From NCBI RefSeq assembly GCF_011745625.1, contig NW_027191465.1:372001-436000 (forward strand): a stretch of 64,000 nt of DNA, given 5' to 3'. Source of the stretch: Cladosporium halotolerans (Eukaryota). Shown here piece by piece: positions 10,824-22,776 of the stretch; the stretch's first letter is position 1; the number at the start of each line of letters is the position of its first letter. The notes below the pieces were generated by a model that searched no databases, had not been told where the DNA came from, and saw nothing but the letters and a program-made list of their open reading frames with translations. A program made the position numbers and the translations under genes.

Positions 10824-13234
10824 CAGATGATCCGGAGTTCCCTCCTCTCGCTGGTTCAACAACACCGTCCCGGCGGCCGAGTCTGTCGTCTATGCCTCAG
10901 TTTATGGAATCTCGCCGCTCGACGCCTGCTATCCCACCTGGACTTGAGAACGAAGTCGCCTCCCGCCGTGGCACGCCTACTATTCCCCCAGGCTTCTCGA
11001 AGCCTCCGACAGCACTCCCTGACCTTGAAGGTATCGGTTCTCGGCCTTCCAGCAGGTCCAGCTTGAGGCGTGCTGCCTCTGGACATGTTGTTCCCGCCCT
11101 GCCTCTGCGACCTGGAACTCCAGGTGGCAGTGCAGCAGGTTCTAGGACCGCTTCGCGAGCTGCCTCGCCTGCTAAGAAGGACGAGGACGAAGTCGTGCAC
11201 GAAACCCCGACGAGGAAGTCTAAGGGCACGACTTCGAAGGTGCTTGATCAGCCTAGCGCGCCATCGAATGTCGAATCAGAAGGCAAACGCCAATCCCCGG
11301 AGGTCAAGGAAGATGAGAAGGCTGCGAAGCCTGGGCCAATCAAGGCTCCTCGCAGTGTGGCTGACGTCGTAAAGTCGGCTAAAGAGAACAAGCCTTCCAA
11401 CGTAGAAGCAAAGGGTTCCCAGGCTAGTACTGCTGCGCAGCAATTCGGCGCGAAACCCCAGGCTGGTAAAGCATCTGACGAAAAGACTGTCGAATCACCT
11501 GAGCCAGAACCTGCAAAAGATCAAGCTAGAGGCCAGAAGGAAGATTCGAGACCTACGCCTACGACCCCTGCAAAGACAGAGAGCAAAAGCGATGCATCAA
11601 AGCGAAAGCACCCTGGAAAACTGGACATCTCAGCTGCAGTGGAGAAGCAAACCCAAGCAGCTAGCACGAATGCTGCCTCTACTGCTTCACCTGCAGAAGC
11701 CGGAACCTCCAACAAGCAGAACCGGGCTGTCTCACAGGCAACATCCGTGCCATCGGTTCCGGTGAGCCCTAGTGCCAGCGCGTCTTCTCCGGCTGTGAAG
11801 AACGTGCCGAGAACACTTCGTGTAATCCAGACTCCAACTCCCAAAAATGAAGCGCCACCTTCGCAGCCCGCTCCTCCGATGCCTGCGCCAGCAGTCGCGG
11901 CAATTGGCAAGCTACCATCTCGCCAGCCCAGCGTGGCTTCGATGAATCCGCCGGGAACTCCTTCGAGCGAGCATGTATCAATCTCGGACAACATCTCCAT
12001 GACTTCTACATCTCAATCCCGTGCCAACACGCCCCCGCCGCCTGGTGGCAGCAGGGTAGGCTCGGCGCCTATCCGTGAGAAGACCAAGAGCCAGCAGAAG
12101 AAGGACCGTCAAGAGCGTGCTAAGGCTAAGGAGGAAGAAGAGAAGGCCAAGCTCATGAAAAATGGCAATGTCATTGCCGAAGAGCCCGCTCAGGAAGCCA
12201 TCGTCAGCCGCAAGAAGAAATCGAAGAAGGAAAAGGAGCCGAAGCCACCGAAGCCAAAAGAGCCGGCGCAGAAGATCGAGCCAGCAACTGCTAACACCAC
12301 TCCGACCGTGAGCCGTCCGGTCTCTCCGGGCCCAAAGGAAACTGAGCCTCAGGCTAAGAATGAGGCACCAATCCCGCCTCCAGTTCAGACTTCGATGCCG
12401 ATGCAGTCACCGCACGAACCCTCGCCACCACCAACACCGACTCTGAGCCCCGCCCAGATTGTGGCCGAGCTCCGCGCCGCCCAGCCCGAGATCCAGAAAG
12501 CCCTCGACTCTCTCTTCCGCACCTCAGGCGCCGCCTCCCTCAAACCCGGGCAAAACATCTTGCCCAAAGACCTCGCCAACCCCGCCTCCTGGAAGACCGA
12601 CTTCAACATCAAGCTCACCAAGGACGAAGTCGAAGCCCTCCTCAAAGGCACCGTGCCCGCCATCCAGTACGGCGGCGAAGAAGGCCGCATCTGGGACCGC
12701 GGCATGGTGACGCCGAGCGGCGCGCACCTGCGCGCTCTCAACCAGGAGCTCGAGCGCCGCTTCCTCGAGCTCGAGGGCGCGCTGCAGGGCATGCCGGAGG
12801 AGCTGCGCTGGCGGCCGACGAAGCCGCAGAACGAGACGCGCTTCCCGGCCTTCGACCTTGACGCGCTCAAGCGCGAGTTCGAGAACGTCGGCGCGCGCGG
12901 CGTCAGCGTCATGGAGGCCATGGTGCAGGACGGGTCGAGCATGAAGAAGGGCGCGTTTTTGGTCGACGAGGCGAGCCGCTATATCAACGAGTTCGTCATG
13001 CCGCCTGTTACGCCGCCGCCGAGCGTGGGCGGTGGTTCGAACGCGGGCAAGCAGCAGGCGGCTGGCGGCGCGCAGCAGCAGGTTTCTGCCATGCAGGCGG
13101 AGATTGTGCCGGCGCCGAGTGTGGATATTGCGGAGAGGCAGTTGCAGGAGGGGAAGAGGGCGAGCGAGGAGAAGGAGTCTTCGCTGAAGAAGCAGATGAG
13201 GAAGAATAAGAAGGCGTTGGGGATGGGGAACTGA
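10824..13234 (+). CDS. NOT4: Alternative long terminal exon of NOT4, or a separate low-complexity gene starting at 10892
   Basis: Donor GTGAGT at 9860 (phase 1), branch site GCTAAC at 10809 and acceptors at 10823/10826 are in frame with the 780-aa ORF. Confidence 0.7.
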
Positions 13235-15167
13235 AGTTGAGGTGTGAGTGATGGGTGAGCAGGGTGTCTTTTGTGGTTGTTGGGGTTTTGTTTGGATTAG
13301 GGGTTGGAATTTTGGGTATAAGCCTGAAAGTCTCGTTCGAATGGGAGGTGAAGCAGGAGTTGATTCTTATATCCTGTCTTTGTATTATCAACAGCACTAG
13401 CGACTTCATCGCTAGGTATATACCCCAGTCTTGTATGGTTACTGTGTCTATTACCTATCTGCGCCGTACATTCATCTCATATTTTGCTTGAACAGACGAT
13501 TGAACAAATCTTGAGTGAGACTTTTATGCATCTTAGGACTCTTGAAAATCCTAAGCGAGTGTTGCGAAGGGCTTCCATGGGATAGAATCTTGATAAAGAT
13601 CTTTAAGGACAAGGGTTCTAGCTATAGCAAGGTCCTATCTCGCAGCCGTTGTGCCACTGACGTCCACCGCGCGTACGCCGAACCATGTAAGAGCCATAGA
13701 CGCCAATTTGCCCTCTATAGTACATACGTTACGCAGCACATCAACGATAACCGTCCGCAGTCTCTACGAAAATGCCCTACCTCATCAATCCCAGGCAACA
13801 ATCAGGTGCCTATCATCCCCATCGCCAAGTCCACGTCGCGTATCCATCGGCCGCGGAGCCCAACCGAAGGCAACGATCCTGAAACCTAAGTCTCGCCGGC
13901 CTGGAAATGCGGTGTGCCTCTACTTGTCGATTTACTATAGGTGACACGGCGCATGCCGGCAGCCGGCGCGTAGGCTTCCACGGGCGCTTGCGGATACGCG
14001 AGACTGCTAAGGGCTTGCGGTGGTCGATTCAGGCCGCACGCGAGTGAGTGTCGTACGTGCATGATCGGTGGCTGGCTTTGGAGATCGATGTTGGGGTTCG
14101 TGCCTGGTTTGTTAGGGTACTGTGTGAATCGCTACGGTATGTCGGTGTCCATGCGGAGATGTCTGGTACTTGGGGAAGGCAAAGCATAATGATGACCACC
14201 TCCGCACGCGTTCCATCGAACCCTGCCAGCCAAGTCGGCCTGCTTTCCGTCGATGGACGAGCCTCGACTTTTGATGCTGTGCAAGGTGACAAGGCTCCTG
14301 TGGTAGACCAAAGCAGGGGCGAGGAGCTCTGTAGCTAGCCCGTCGACACAGCAATCGCCGCCCTTCTAGGCTCGGCCGCCCCTACCGACGACGCAGGTGG
14401 AGCAGGCAGGGCCAGGTAGTGGCGAGTGGGTCACGGGCTACGGACAAGGGCCCTGTGGCCTGCCGGTAGCCTGGGGAAATGGACCGGGATGGAGCGCTGC
14501 ACTGACGCCGGAGCCACCATCGAGTCTTCCAGGTGATCGCGCACGCCATCATAGAAAGCAACGGACGAGAGGCTGGCCAGCGTCTCGCCAGACTCCTCTT
14601 CCTCTCCATACACACCTCCCAAACCAGCCTCTATACTGTGCTGACAGGCACCGCCCCCCGTTGCGCACACGATAGGCGGCATCGCTCTCCGTGATTCACA
14701 CCCACTTGGCCGCGTGCGTGCTAGCCGGGCCCGAGACGTCAAGCTCGTGACAGCCGCCTCAACGCGCGCACCACGAGGGCAGCCAAGCGCCCATTTCCAT
14801 CCCAAGGGGCTTCATCAAGGTCCTCTGCCACCCGAACGCTGCATCGCGAAGCTGCAGCGACCCTCGCTCTGCCATCTGCCTCCATCGAAAGGTCCCCAGA
14901 GCGCCCCAGAGCCCGGCGATCGGCTTATCAGCGTTGCAACCGCCGGTGCTTGATCGCCCTAGGCTCTCCGGCTTGGAACGAGTGTGACTGACCGATTGAC
15001 TTGCCTGCCGCCCTCACGACGCACCGCCATGTGCCCGGCGGGTTGAGATCCCGGTCAGCTGCAGGAACAAGAGACTCATCAGGCACGCAACGACTCGCCG
15101 CCCGTAGCCTTTCGTCCCATCGAACCCTCGTACCTTTCCTCTCGCTCTGACGAAGTCGCCCGTTACC

Positions 15168-15212
15168 ATGGAGCATGAAAGTCACTCCCACCATAGCACC
15201 GTTCTGACTTAG
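15168..15212 (+). promoter_or_regulatory. Upstream ORF (MEHESHSHHSTVLT*) ahead of ATG13
   Basis: ACCATGG context; ends 112 nt before the ATG13 start. A second overlapping uORF spans 15175-15207. Whether it lies within the mRNA is unproven. Confidence 0.4.
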
Positions 15213-15324
15213 CGACTCCGACACGCACGAGACCCGATAAGCCTCTTGAGCTATCGCGACCACCACAACGAATCGATCACCCATCACAGCCGAGTCGCCC
15301 GAGCCCGGGCACCCTCCGCCACAA

Positions 15325-18304
15325 ATGCATCAACACATCCGCTCTCCACCCCGGAGCAGCTCCGCCGCCGGCAACCCAGCAACGAATCCCGACAGGACGA
15401 ACAACCAGAGAGATCAAGGAGGGCTGCCGCAGCGGACGAGATCGAGCGTCGATCTGGCGTCGTACACCGAGAGGGCTGCGGCCGCGGCCGCCGCGGGCAG
15501 CTCGCTGCAGCAAGATAAGGATCACACGAAGTTGAACCAGATTATACAGGTGCGTTTTGGAAAGAAATGTGAATTGGAAAGAGACGGACAAACATGCTGA
15601 CGGAGGCTGTGACAGAACTTCCACACCAAGGCGGCGCTGACGATCTGTTCTGCGCGAGCCAACTTGCCGCCGGCGTACAATAAGGATGGGGATTTGAGGC
15701 AGAATAAATGGGTAAGTTCTTCTTGATTTTCCAGGAAAGGCATGTCTTCTTTGGGCCAAAAACGACAACGACGATATATGGAGCTTGAATGCGAAAGACT
15801 CGGATGCTGCATATTGCGGAAACTCAAGGCGACATTATATGGGCATGTTAAGGAAACGATGGCGATGATACTGTACCGCGGCTCAAGCAATCTGAGCTCC
15901 AGACTGGCTCAGAAGTGTGGCAGTCGTCTGATGTCGGAAGATCAATAGCCGGCACATCTGGATATCCTGTCTAATCCCTGGCGCGTCAAAGTCGACGTGC
16001 TGGTGAACTTGCAGCCACGTCTTGCCGAAACTCGTCATATCTCGTTTATCGAGCTGGACATGGTGGCCCTTTGAACCATTTCCGGGACTGAACAATCGCT
16101 TACGAGCGGCCGATCGGAATCCAGCACTCCACATGTCAATCTGTAACGAGCACCGGCCGGCGCCAGTAAAGTCAATCATTGAGGCCTTTCTTGATTCTTG
16201 CTGGAAGTCGATCCGTGATGATACTCCCACAGCCCTGAACTTGTCGATCAACTTGCTCCTCAGAGCTCTTGGGACGAGCGTCTAGGACTTTCACGTCACG
16301 GACACTGCTACTGGTTTCAGCCTCTATGCCAGAAAGAGCAACGAGCCTGTTGGGTGATCCTTCGGTGGCCTGCCGTTTCTTTGTCCTTGCACATAGTTGC
16401 TTGCTTCTCTTGCTTGTTTGCTGCCTTTGAGTGTAGTCTGTGCCTATGAGCAATCCGCTGACATTCTCTTTCCACAGTTCAACATCGTGCTTGATGAGAC
16501 CGATGTCCTCGTCGATGACCTGCAGGAGTGGAGGCGCCCAGATCTGAGTGATGAGCCACCGCTGCCTCTAGTTGTCGAAGTGTACGTTGATACGTCTAAT
16601 CTCACCCAAAACCAGTCGCTCGTCATCGTTGATGATAACGGCAAGCACTGGGATGTGGCAGACTCAATACCCCCAGAGTCCAGTTCGAGATCCAACAGGG
16701 CTGGTGGGCGGTACTTCGAGGTGATGTTGGAGCGGTGGACGATTGAGTTGGGCGACTTGAGCCGATACAAGGCTTCTCAGCTCAACGATCAGCTGCCAAA
16801 CGTGTACAAGAAGGGTGTGCTTCTCTTCAGGTCGCTGTACACATTTGCACGATTCCTTCCTGCGTGGAAGTTGCACAAGAGGTTGAGTCGGCAGCCGAGC
16901 AATGCCCAGCCGCTGAAGTTGCGATATCGTATACGGCAAGGACGGCCAGGGGGTGCCACGCGGCAATCAAGAGAGGCACTGAGCACGCCTCTCTGCCCTT
17001 CCGATCGCAGCAGTAACACTGCCGCCGAACACCACAGCTTTGAGCCGTTGTTGTGCTCTGCAGGACCGCTAGCAATCTCCGTGGACTACCGCACCAACAC
17101 AGACCTCACGGTGGCAGACGCGGAGGCGCTGCTCAGCTCCAGATTCGCAGGGCTCGATGCAGGCCTGTCTGCTCGCCCTCTTGGCGGTCGCTCTCTTCCT
17201 GGAGGGCATCATTATCCCTCTGCTGCGGATGACAGCAGCTCGAGCCTTGGAGTCGCTGGTGGTAGCAGCCGCGCAGGCGCTCGAGTAGCCGGTGGTGGAG
17301 CGTATGGGAGCCTGGGGACTTTCCACATGACTGGAAAGCGCGAGTCCCCCGTCTCAGCGCTCCGCCATCGCGCTGTCTCCGGCGCCAGCGACGACGCACC
17401 GACTTTGGACAGGAAGGTAACACCGCAATCAATACCAACCTCGTCCGCGGCAATGGACTACCTCAAGAATCCGCCCTTCAAGGCGGGCTCCGTTGCCTCT
17501 TCACCTCGCACCACCACCGCCGCCTCGCCTTCGTCTGCACCTCGTCCCTCTCCCCTCTCCGGCACATCTGCCCATTCGAAGCGTCTGTCGCTGAACACAC
17601 TACCACAACAAGCACTACGCAACCCGGGAGGCATCCCCGCAGACACCGCCATCGCCTCCTCCGGTTCTACTTCACCCAAGCCCGCCCCAGTCCATCGCTA
17701 CAGCAGCAGTTTCGCCGGTCGTAAGCGCTGGACCAGCACCTCACAAAGCAGCCGAGCCGGTGAGAGCGCCACCAGCAGCGGCCGCGCGAGCACCTCAAGC
17801 AAAGAGAAATCCGGCCAGCTCGCTCCCGAACAAGCATCAGGCACGCCCGGCAGCTCAGGCAGCGCGCGAACCGACGAAGACGACATCGCGGCCTTCATCT
17901 CCACCGTTGAGCGCGCCAAAGACCTCAAAGCCTTCTCCGCCCGCAAACCCGCCCCGCACAACACCGTCGTCAACCTCAGCAAGTTCCGCAACATGACACT
18001 GGCCAGCAGCGAGCTCGCCGACGAGATGAGCTCCTCCAGCCTCGTGCAGACCTCCTCTCTCACGCCGCCGTCCCGCCGTCTGTCGAACGTGCCGGGCCTG
18101 TCGACCTCGTCTTCCCCGAACCGCGCTCAGCCTCACGCACCCCACGTCCGCTCCCGCCTGTCGACGCAGAGCATCGCCGAGGAGATCGGGTCGGAGAAGA
18201 ACCGCAGACCCGAGCGCGAAGTCGAAGAAGAAGACGAAGACGTCGGCGAGGAGGAGAGCGACGACGACGAGCCGTTTATCTTCCAGCAGGACAACATCCT
18301 GTGA
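15325..18304 (+). CDS. ATG13: Autophagy-related protein 13
   Basis: Three exons (introns ~15550-15615 and 15712-16477). HORMA-domain segments KLNQIIQNFHTKAA, NKWFNIVLDETD, LERWTIEL, LPNVYKKGVLLFRSLYTFARFLPAWK, followed by a Ser-rich disordered tail. Confidence 0.92.
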
Positions 18305-18904
18305 GTCTCGATCAGCGGATCGATCGCAATCAAGCATTGGCAGAAAGATTCGCAATGCGTTTTTGGCGTTTTAGTTCAACCCTGATTCAAGGGAGGGAGG
18401 GAAGGAAGCGTGGAGTTTCGTTTGATGGGATTTGCTACTTTTCTTTTCGCCTTTCGCCCGAGGTCTCTGATCTCTGGGTTTGCTTCGTTTTCTCGCCCTT
18501 GCTTTACTACAATAACATTGGCTCCCCGCGTGGAAGGGGATCGCAACATTTGGACGGGACGTGCATACGCCGTATAGACTGAACGATACAGGAGTTACTC
18601 TGAGCTTAGGTATATCAAATGCTGATGATGACTTGCTCTCCCTCCTTTTTTTTTTCTTTTGTCAGAGGAGTGCCTGCAGGATCAAGTGATTCGTGATAAT
18701 CTTATGAATCGGACACCACCTCAAGACGTTCGACGCGCCATAGACTGGCGACATCGTTAAGCATCTTCGGATGCTCTTCGCTCGGAACCGCGGCTGGTTC
18801 CGATGCTTCTGGAATCTCTCTACCTAGGTACTAGGATCCTGCACGCGCGTCGATCGACCTGAATCAGACATGCAGCTAGTTCCCAAGGACCCAAAAAGGC
18901 AAAA

Positions 18905-19023
18905 ACATACAACAGGCGGGATTTCCAGATGGTCACCCATCCTAGTACTAGTCGCCCGGTTCAGTGCTTATATCTGGCAGAGCGGACGGGATGCCCAGTT
19001 TTCACTGACCTATGGTCGTATGT
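18905..19023 (-). rRNA. Dispersed 5S rRNA gene
   Basis: 119 nt ACATACGACCATAGG...AGTACTAGGATGGGTGACC...GTTGTATGT with complementary termini, followed by a T-run Pol III terminator. Confidence 0.95.
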
Positions 19024-19413
19024 GTCCTTTCATTGATAGAACGTGATCATGATTCTGTTGTTGATCTTAAAATCTCACTATCCGACGGGAAAAGCGTGGT
19101 TTCATCCGGCGACTATGATCACGGAGACCGCCTCTGAGAAGGAGCTTCCCGAATAAGTCTCACAGCGCGATGCCCAATTTCCGTTTTGCCGCATGTCTGT
19201 ATATTTTTCCCAGTGGAACCTTTCTCGTGACGCATGTCCTGCATGATGTCTTCCTTCGTCCGAAGGTATACTATCCGTCACTATATCAGCGAGTGAGGCA
19301 CAAAAAAACGCAAGCGTGTGCTCAGAACATTCTGCGTGGATGAAAGACTGATTTTCACACGAAGCCTCCAATTCCCTGTCCGTCCAGGCTGTGAAGACTA
19401 ATGGCACAAGTCG

Positions 19414-22400
19414 TCATCGCACTCCGTTTTCTCTGACAGTTAGTAATCGTTTTCTCTGTGTGAGTACGAGTAGGAGCAGCTGTCTTTGATATTTTCGGAG
19501 CGAGCTTTCTTTGTCTTCACCTTCGGCAGAGTCGTGTGCATATGCATCGCCGAACTTGTGGAGAAGTAGTTCCACCAGTCCCTTACTTGTCAATTTCTCA
19601 GCGATGTTGAGGGCAGCCATAAGATCTTGTCCTCCAAAGTCAACACCGGCATTGACTAGCAACTCTACGATTGCCACGAGACCTGTAACGCAAGCAGCTT
19701 GGAGAGCATTTTCATATTTTCCGCCTTTGGCACTACCGTCGGCTCCTTTCGCAAGCAGTGTCCTTGCGATCTTTTCGTGGCCCCCAGCACACGCTGCTTG
19801 TAGCGAGTTTCCCCAGTACCCCCCCTGAGCGTTGACATCGGCATCCTTGCCAAGCAGAAATTCCGTGATCTTCGCATGGCCCTTAGCACAGGCTGCTTGC
19901 AGCGCATTACCGTAGTAGCCGCCTTGTACGTTGGTTCCGGCGCCCTTGTCTAGCAGAAGTTCTGTGATTTTCTCATGGCCTTGAGCACAAGCAGCCTGCA
20001 GAGCGTTGTTGTAGTAGCCACCTTGCGAACTGACCTGGGCACCCTTTCCAAGCAGAAGCTCTACAATCCTTCCATAGCCTCCAGCACAAGCTGCCTGAAG
20101 GGCATATCCGTAGTGGCCTGCTTGATCGTTAACCCCGGCACCCCGGTCGAGCAAGATCTCTGTTAGCTTTTCATGACCAAGGGTTGAGGTTATGTACAGA
20201 ATAGATACATTTTCCTCTGCTCGCCAGATAGTCGGATTCTGGAAAGCTCCTCGAGCATTGACTGCAGCACCCTTATCAAGGAGCATTTCTGCCACCCTCT
20301 GATGACCGCCAGCGCATGCAGCCTGCAGAGCATTACCGTATTTTCGACCTTGAGCATTGACTTCGGCACCTTGGTCTAGCAAAAGCTGAACGGCTTCTCC
20401 GTTACCCTTCTCTGAACATGATATGAGCATAGTCTCTGAACCTCCTTCTGACTTGATGGATATACCACTTTCGATCAGTAGTTTTGCCGATTCCAAAGCT
20501 CGCTTTGCTAATGCAACCCCCAGAAGCTTTCTCTGTTCTTCCTGTGAATGGTGTGCGATTGCACCGTGTTTGAGAATGACTCCGACGACTTCGGCGTTCC
20601 GCCCATGGATGGCAGCACGCAAGATTGTACGATGCCGCTCATATGATGAGAAAAACTCTGCATTTCGTTGCAGCTCGATGTTGAGAAGACCTGGTGCGCC
20701 TTTTTCAGTGAAGACGTACGCGCGTGTCACAGATGAGGAATATTGGCGAACCTCATACTTTTCAAACATGTTGTTGAGGGTAACCCAAGTTGCTAAAGGG
20801 AAAGACCATGCGATCTCATTCTGGTGAATGTTTCTGCTGCATATCTTTTCAGAGTGGAAGATCACGTTCTCTACAGCGTACCCAAGAAATGGATAGAGTC
20901 TGGCAATCTGATCGCGCAGGTCTCTCGCCTCTTTTGTCTTAGCAGTTGGGAGAGGATCGGATAAAGATAGCTGCCGGGTTGTGTTCTCTGAAATAGCTCC
21001 AAGGCAGCATTGCCTGACGTACTCGTGGCTCGAACCTTCCAGATCCTGACTAAGGTCTCGCGCAATTTGGTCATGGCCTTGCTTCATCCTCAATTTCTGT
21101 GCCAGTGTCCTGAATCCGGTATCGCGGAGGTAGTCTCGTACAGACTCATGTATGAATTGGACCGTTGCATGCTTGCCCCTTGTCGTTTCAGCAAGCCCCT
21201 TGGATGAGTTTAGCAGGAACCTCTTTGCGATTTCTGAGTCAGGTTCGTCACCGATGTTAGCCCCTTGGAGTTTATCGGGAGGAGTGCTCATGACAGCATG
21301 ATATAACTCCTTGCAGTCAAGTGGACGTTTTGCGAACATGATCCATTGCAGTGTTGGGATAAGATAGGTATCTTCTTGCGTCCCTTGGACTAAGATGTCC
21401 TGGAATAGCTTATCCAGATCATCTGGAATCTCTTCTAATCGATCCTTGATTTTGAAGGCATGTCCATGGTCGCTGTCCGTGTTGAGAATTTGTACAACAA
21501 GAACAACCCAGAGAAAAATGCCTGATGCTCGTTGCCGGATTTTTGTAGCCATCTCGGACTTCAAGCGAGTCGAAACTTTCAGCTTGTTTTGTATGTAAGC
21601 CGAGATATCGTCTTCGTGGCCCTCTTGATCTTCAAGAACGAGTTCTTGACAGGCTTTCATCGAAACGTGGGGATAATGGCGACTCGAGAAGCATATACGG
21701 AAGTTGAGATGCTCCAGAATAGCCGATTCAGTAATTTCCTCGAAGGCTTCGATCATACACCGAATGTCTGCTTCGTTGCATTCGTCTAAGGCGTCAATAT
21801 AGCATGTCAAGCTATTCTCCTTGAGAGACATGACTGCTTCGCGAGACAAGGTACTCAGCAGTCTGACTGGCCAAGTACTGCGATTTCTCTGCCCGCCCAG
21901 TGTTTTCTGAAGCCCTGGGATCTTTTCCATCATTTGATAGAGAAGTGACCGGTACATGCCTTCAGTAGATTTCTCCAGGTCGCTACCTCGCGCGTTGAAG
22001 AAGAAAGCAATTATGGTAGTCTCTTCTGAGTGTTTTCGAGCATGGTCGACTGCATGTTTCATCAATGTAGATTTTCCCACTGCAGGTTTGCCTTTGATCC
22101 ATAGAAAGCCATTGTTGTCTGATCTCATGTCTCTATTGACCCAATCTCTGTATGTCTCCCTTCCGAACAGCCACTGACATGTTTTCGTACAAGCCGGGCT
22201 AATGTTGAAATATCGGTCGTTCATCTGTTCAAATTGGAGTGAGTCGAAAGCTTCGCTGCTCTCGGCCGAGTCATATGATGGGCGCTCCGCAGGCTTCATC
22301 TGGTTTGCATACTGGTAGACGGGGGCGTAGTATTCGTGATGTTGAAAGCTATCCCCGAGGTGCGCACGAGCGTAGCCTTGCACCTGGCTATTGTTATAGG

Positions 22401-22524
22401 TACGCTGAGTTTGCTCATCTCTTCGCCTTTTCGCTCCTGAAAACTCGTTTTTGGTCAAGACATGTTTGCGAGGTGTGGTGTCCCTTGGAGGCGTCTGCAA
22501 TGGTTGAGATGTAGGGCTGGTCAT
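19414..22524 (-). CDS. Fungal NLR-like protein: N-terminal amyloid-like motif + NACHT NTPase + ankyrin repeats
   Basis: Intronless, 1036 aa. Walker A WIKGKPAVGKSTLMK, Walker B CYIDALDEC, SSRHYP, ASGIFLWVVLVV, VQFIHESVRDYL, and about 8 ankyrin repeats (NALQAAC..GH). Confidence 0.92.
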   Translation of the reverse strand: MTSPTSQPLQTPPRDTTPRKHVLTKNEFSGAKRRRDEQTQRTYNNSQVQGYARAHLGDSFQHHEYYAPVYQYANQMKPAERPSYDSAESSEAFDSLQFEQMNDRYFNISPACTKTCQWLFGRETYRDWVNRDMRSDNNGFLWIKGKPAVGKSTLMKHAVDHARKHSEETTIIAFFFNARGSDLEKSTEGMYRSLLYQMMEKIPGLQKTLGGQRNRSTWPVRLLSTLSREAVMSLKENSLTCYIDALDECNEADIRCMIEAFEEITESAILEHLNFRICFSSRHYPHVSMKACQELVLEDQEGHEDDISAYIQNKLKVSTRLKSEMATKIRQRASGIFLWVVLVVQILNTDSDHGHAFKIKDRLEEIPDDLDKLFQDILVQGTQEDTYLIPTLQWIMFAKRPLDCKELYHAVMSTPPDKLQGANIGDEPDSEIAKRFLLNSSKGLAETTRGKHATVQFIHESVRDYLRDTGFRTLAQKLRMKQGHDQIARDLSQDLEGSSHEYVRQCCLGAISENTTRQLSLSDPLPTAKTKEARDLRDQIARLYPFLGYAVENVIFHSEKICSRNIHQNEIAWSFPLATWVTLNNMFEKYEVRQYSSSVTRAYVFTEKGAPGLLNIELQRNAEFFSSYERHRTILRAAIHGRNAEVVGVILKHGAIAHHSQEEQRKLLGVALAKRALESAKLLIESGISIKSEGGSETMLISCSEKGNGEAVQLLLDQGAEVNAQGRKYGNALQAACAGGHQRVAEMLLDKGAAVNARGAFQNPTIWRAEENVSILYITSTLGHEKLTEILLDRGAGVNDQAGHYGYALQAACAGGYGRIVELLLGKGAQVSSQGGYYNNALQAACAQGHEKITELLLDKGAGTNVQGGYYGNALQAACAKGHAKITEFLLGKDADVNAQGGYWGNSLQAACAGGHEKIARTLLAKGADGSAKGGKYENALQAACVTGLVAIVELLVNAGVDFGGQDLMAALNIAEKLTSKGLVELLLHKFGDAYAHDSAEGEDKESSLRKYQRQLLLLVLTQRKRLLTVRENGVR
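19640..20420 (-). repeat. Tandem 99-nt ankyrin-coding repeats
   Basis: 33-aa unit GGxYxNALQAACAxGHxxIxELLLxKGA repeated six times, plus divergent units. Confidence 0.85.
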
Positions 22525-22776
22525 TTCAAGGTTCCGTAAAAATGACTGTTTGCATCAGCAAGGTCGTTTCCCTCGGTCTGTGTACTGTGGTTGCAAATCG
22601 GATAGAGATGGAAGCAAGAGGCAAAAATGCATCTTGGGCCAGCTCAGCCGCATCTCGCCTACAGCGCGAATCAGATGGGTGTCGCTTATAATAGATTGGG
22701 CTAACCTGAGATTCGACGCTCGGAAGCAGCTTTGTTTAGATCTTGTGGCTAAGAAGAAGGGGAGATTGGGGGTGTT

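Noticed and set aside
19102..19407. ORF right after the NLR as its HeLo effector partner
   Set aside because: No ATG-supported HeLo-like helices or amyloid repeats; more likely 3' flank or an eroded NLR tail.
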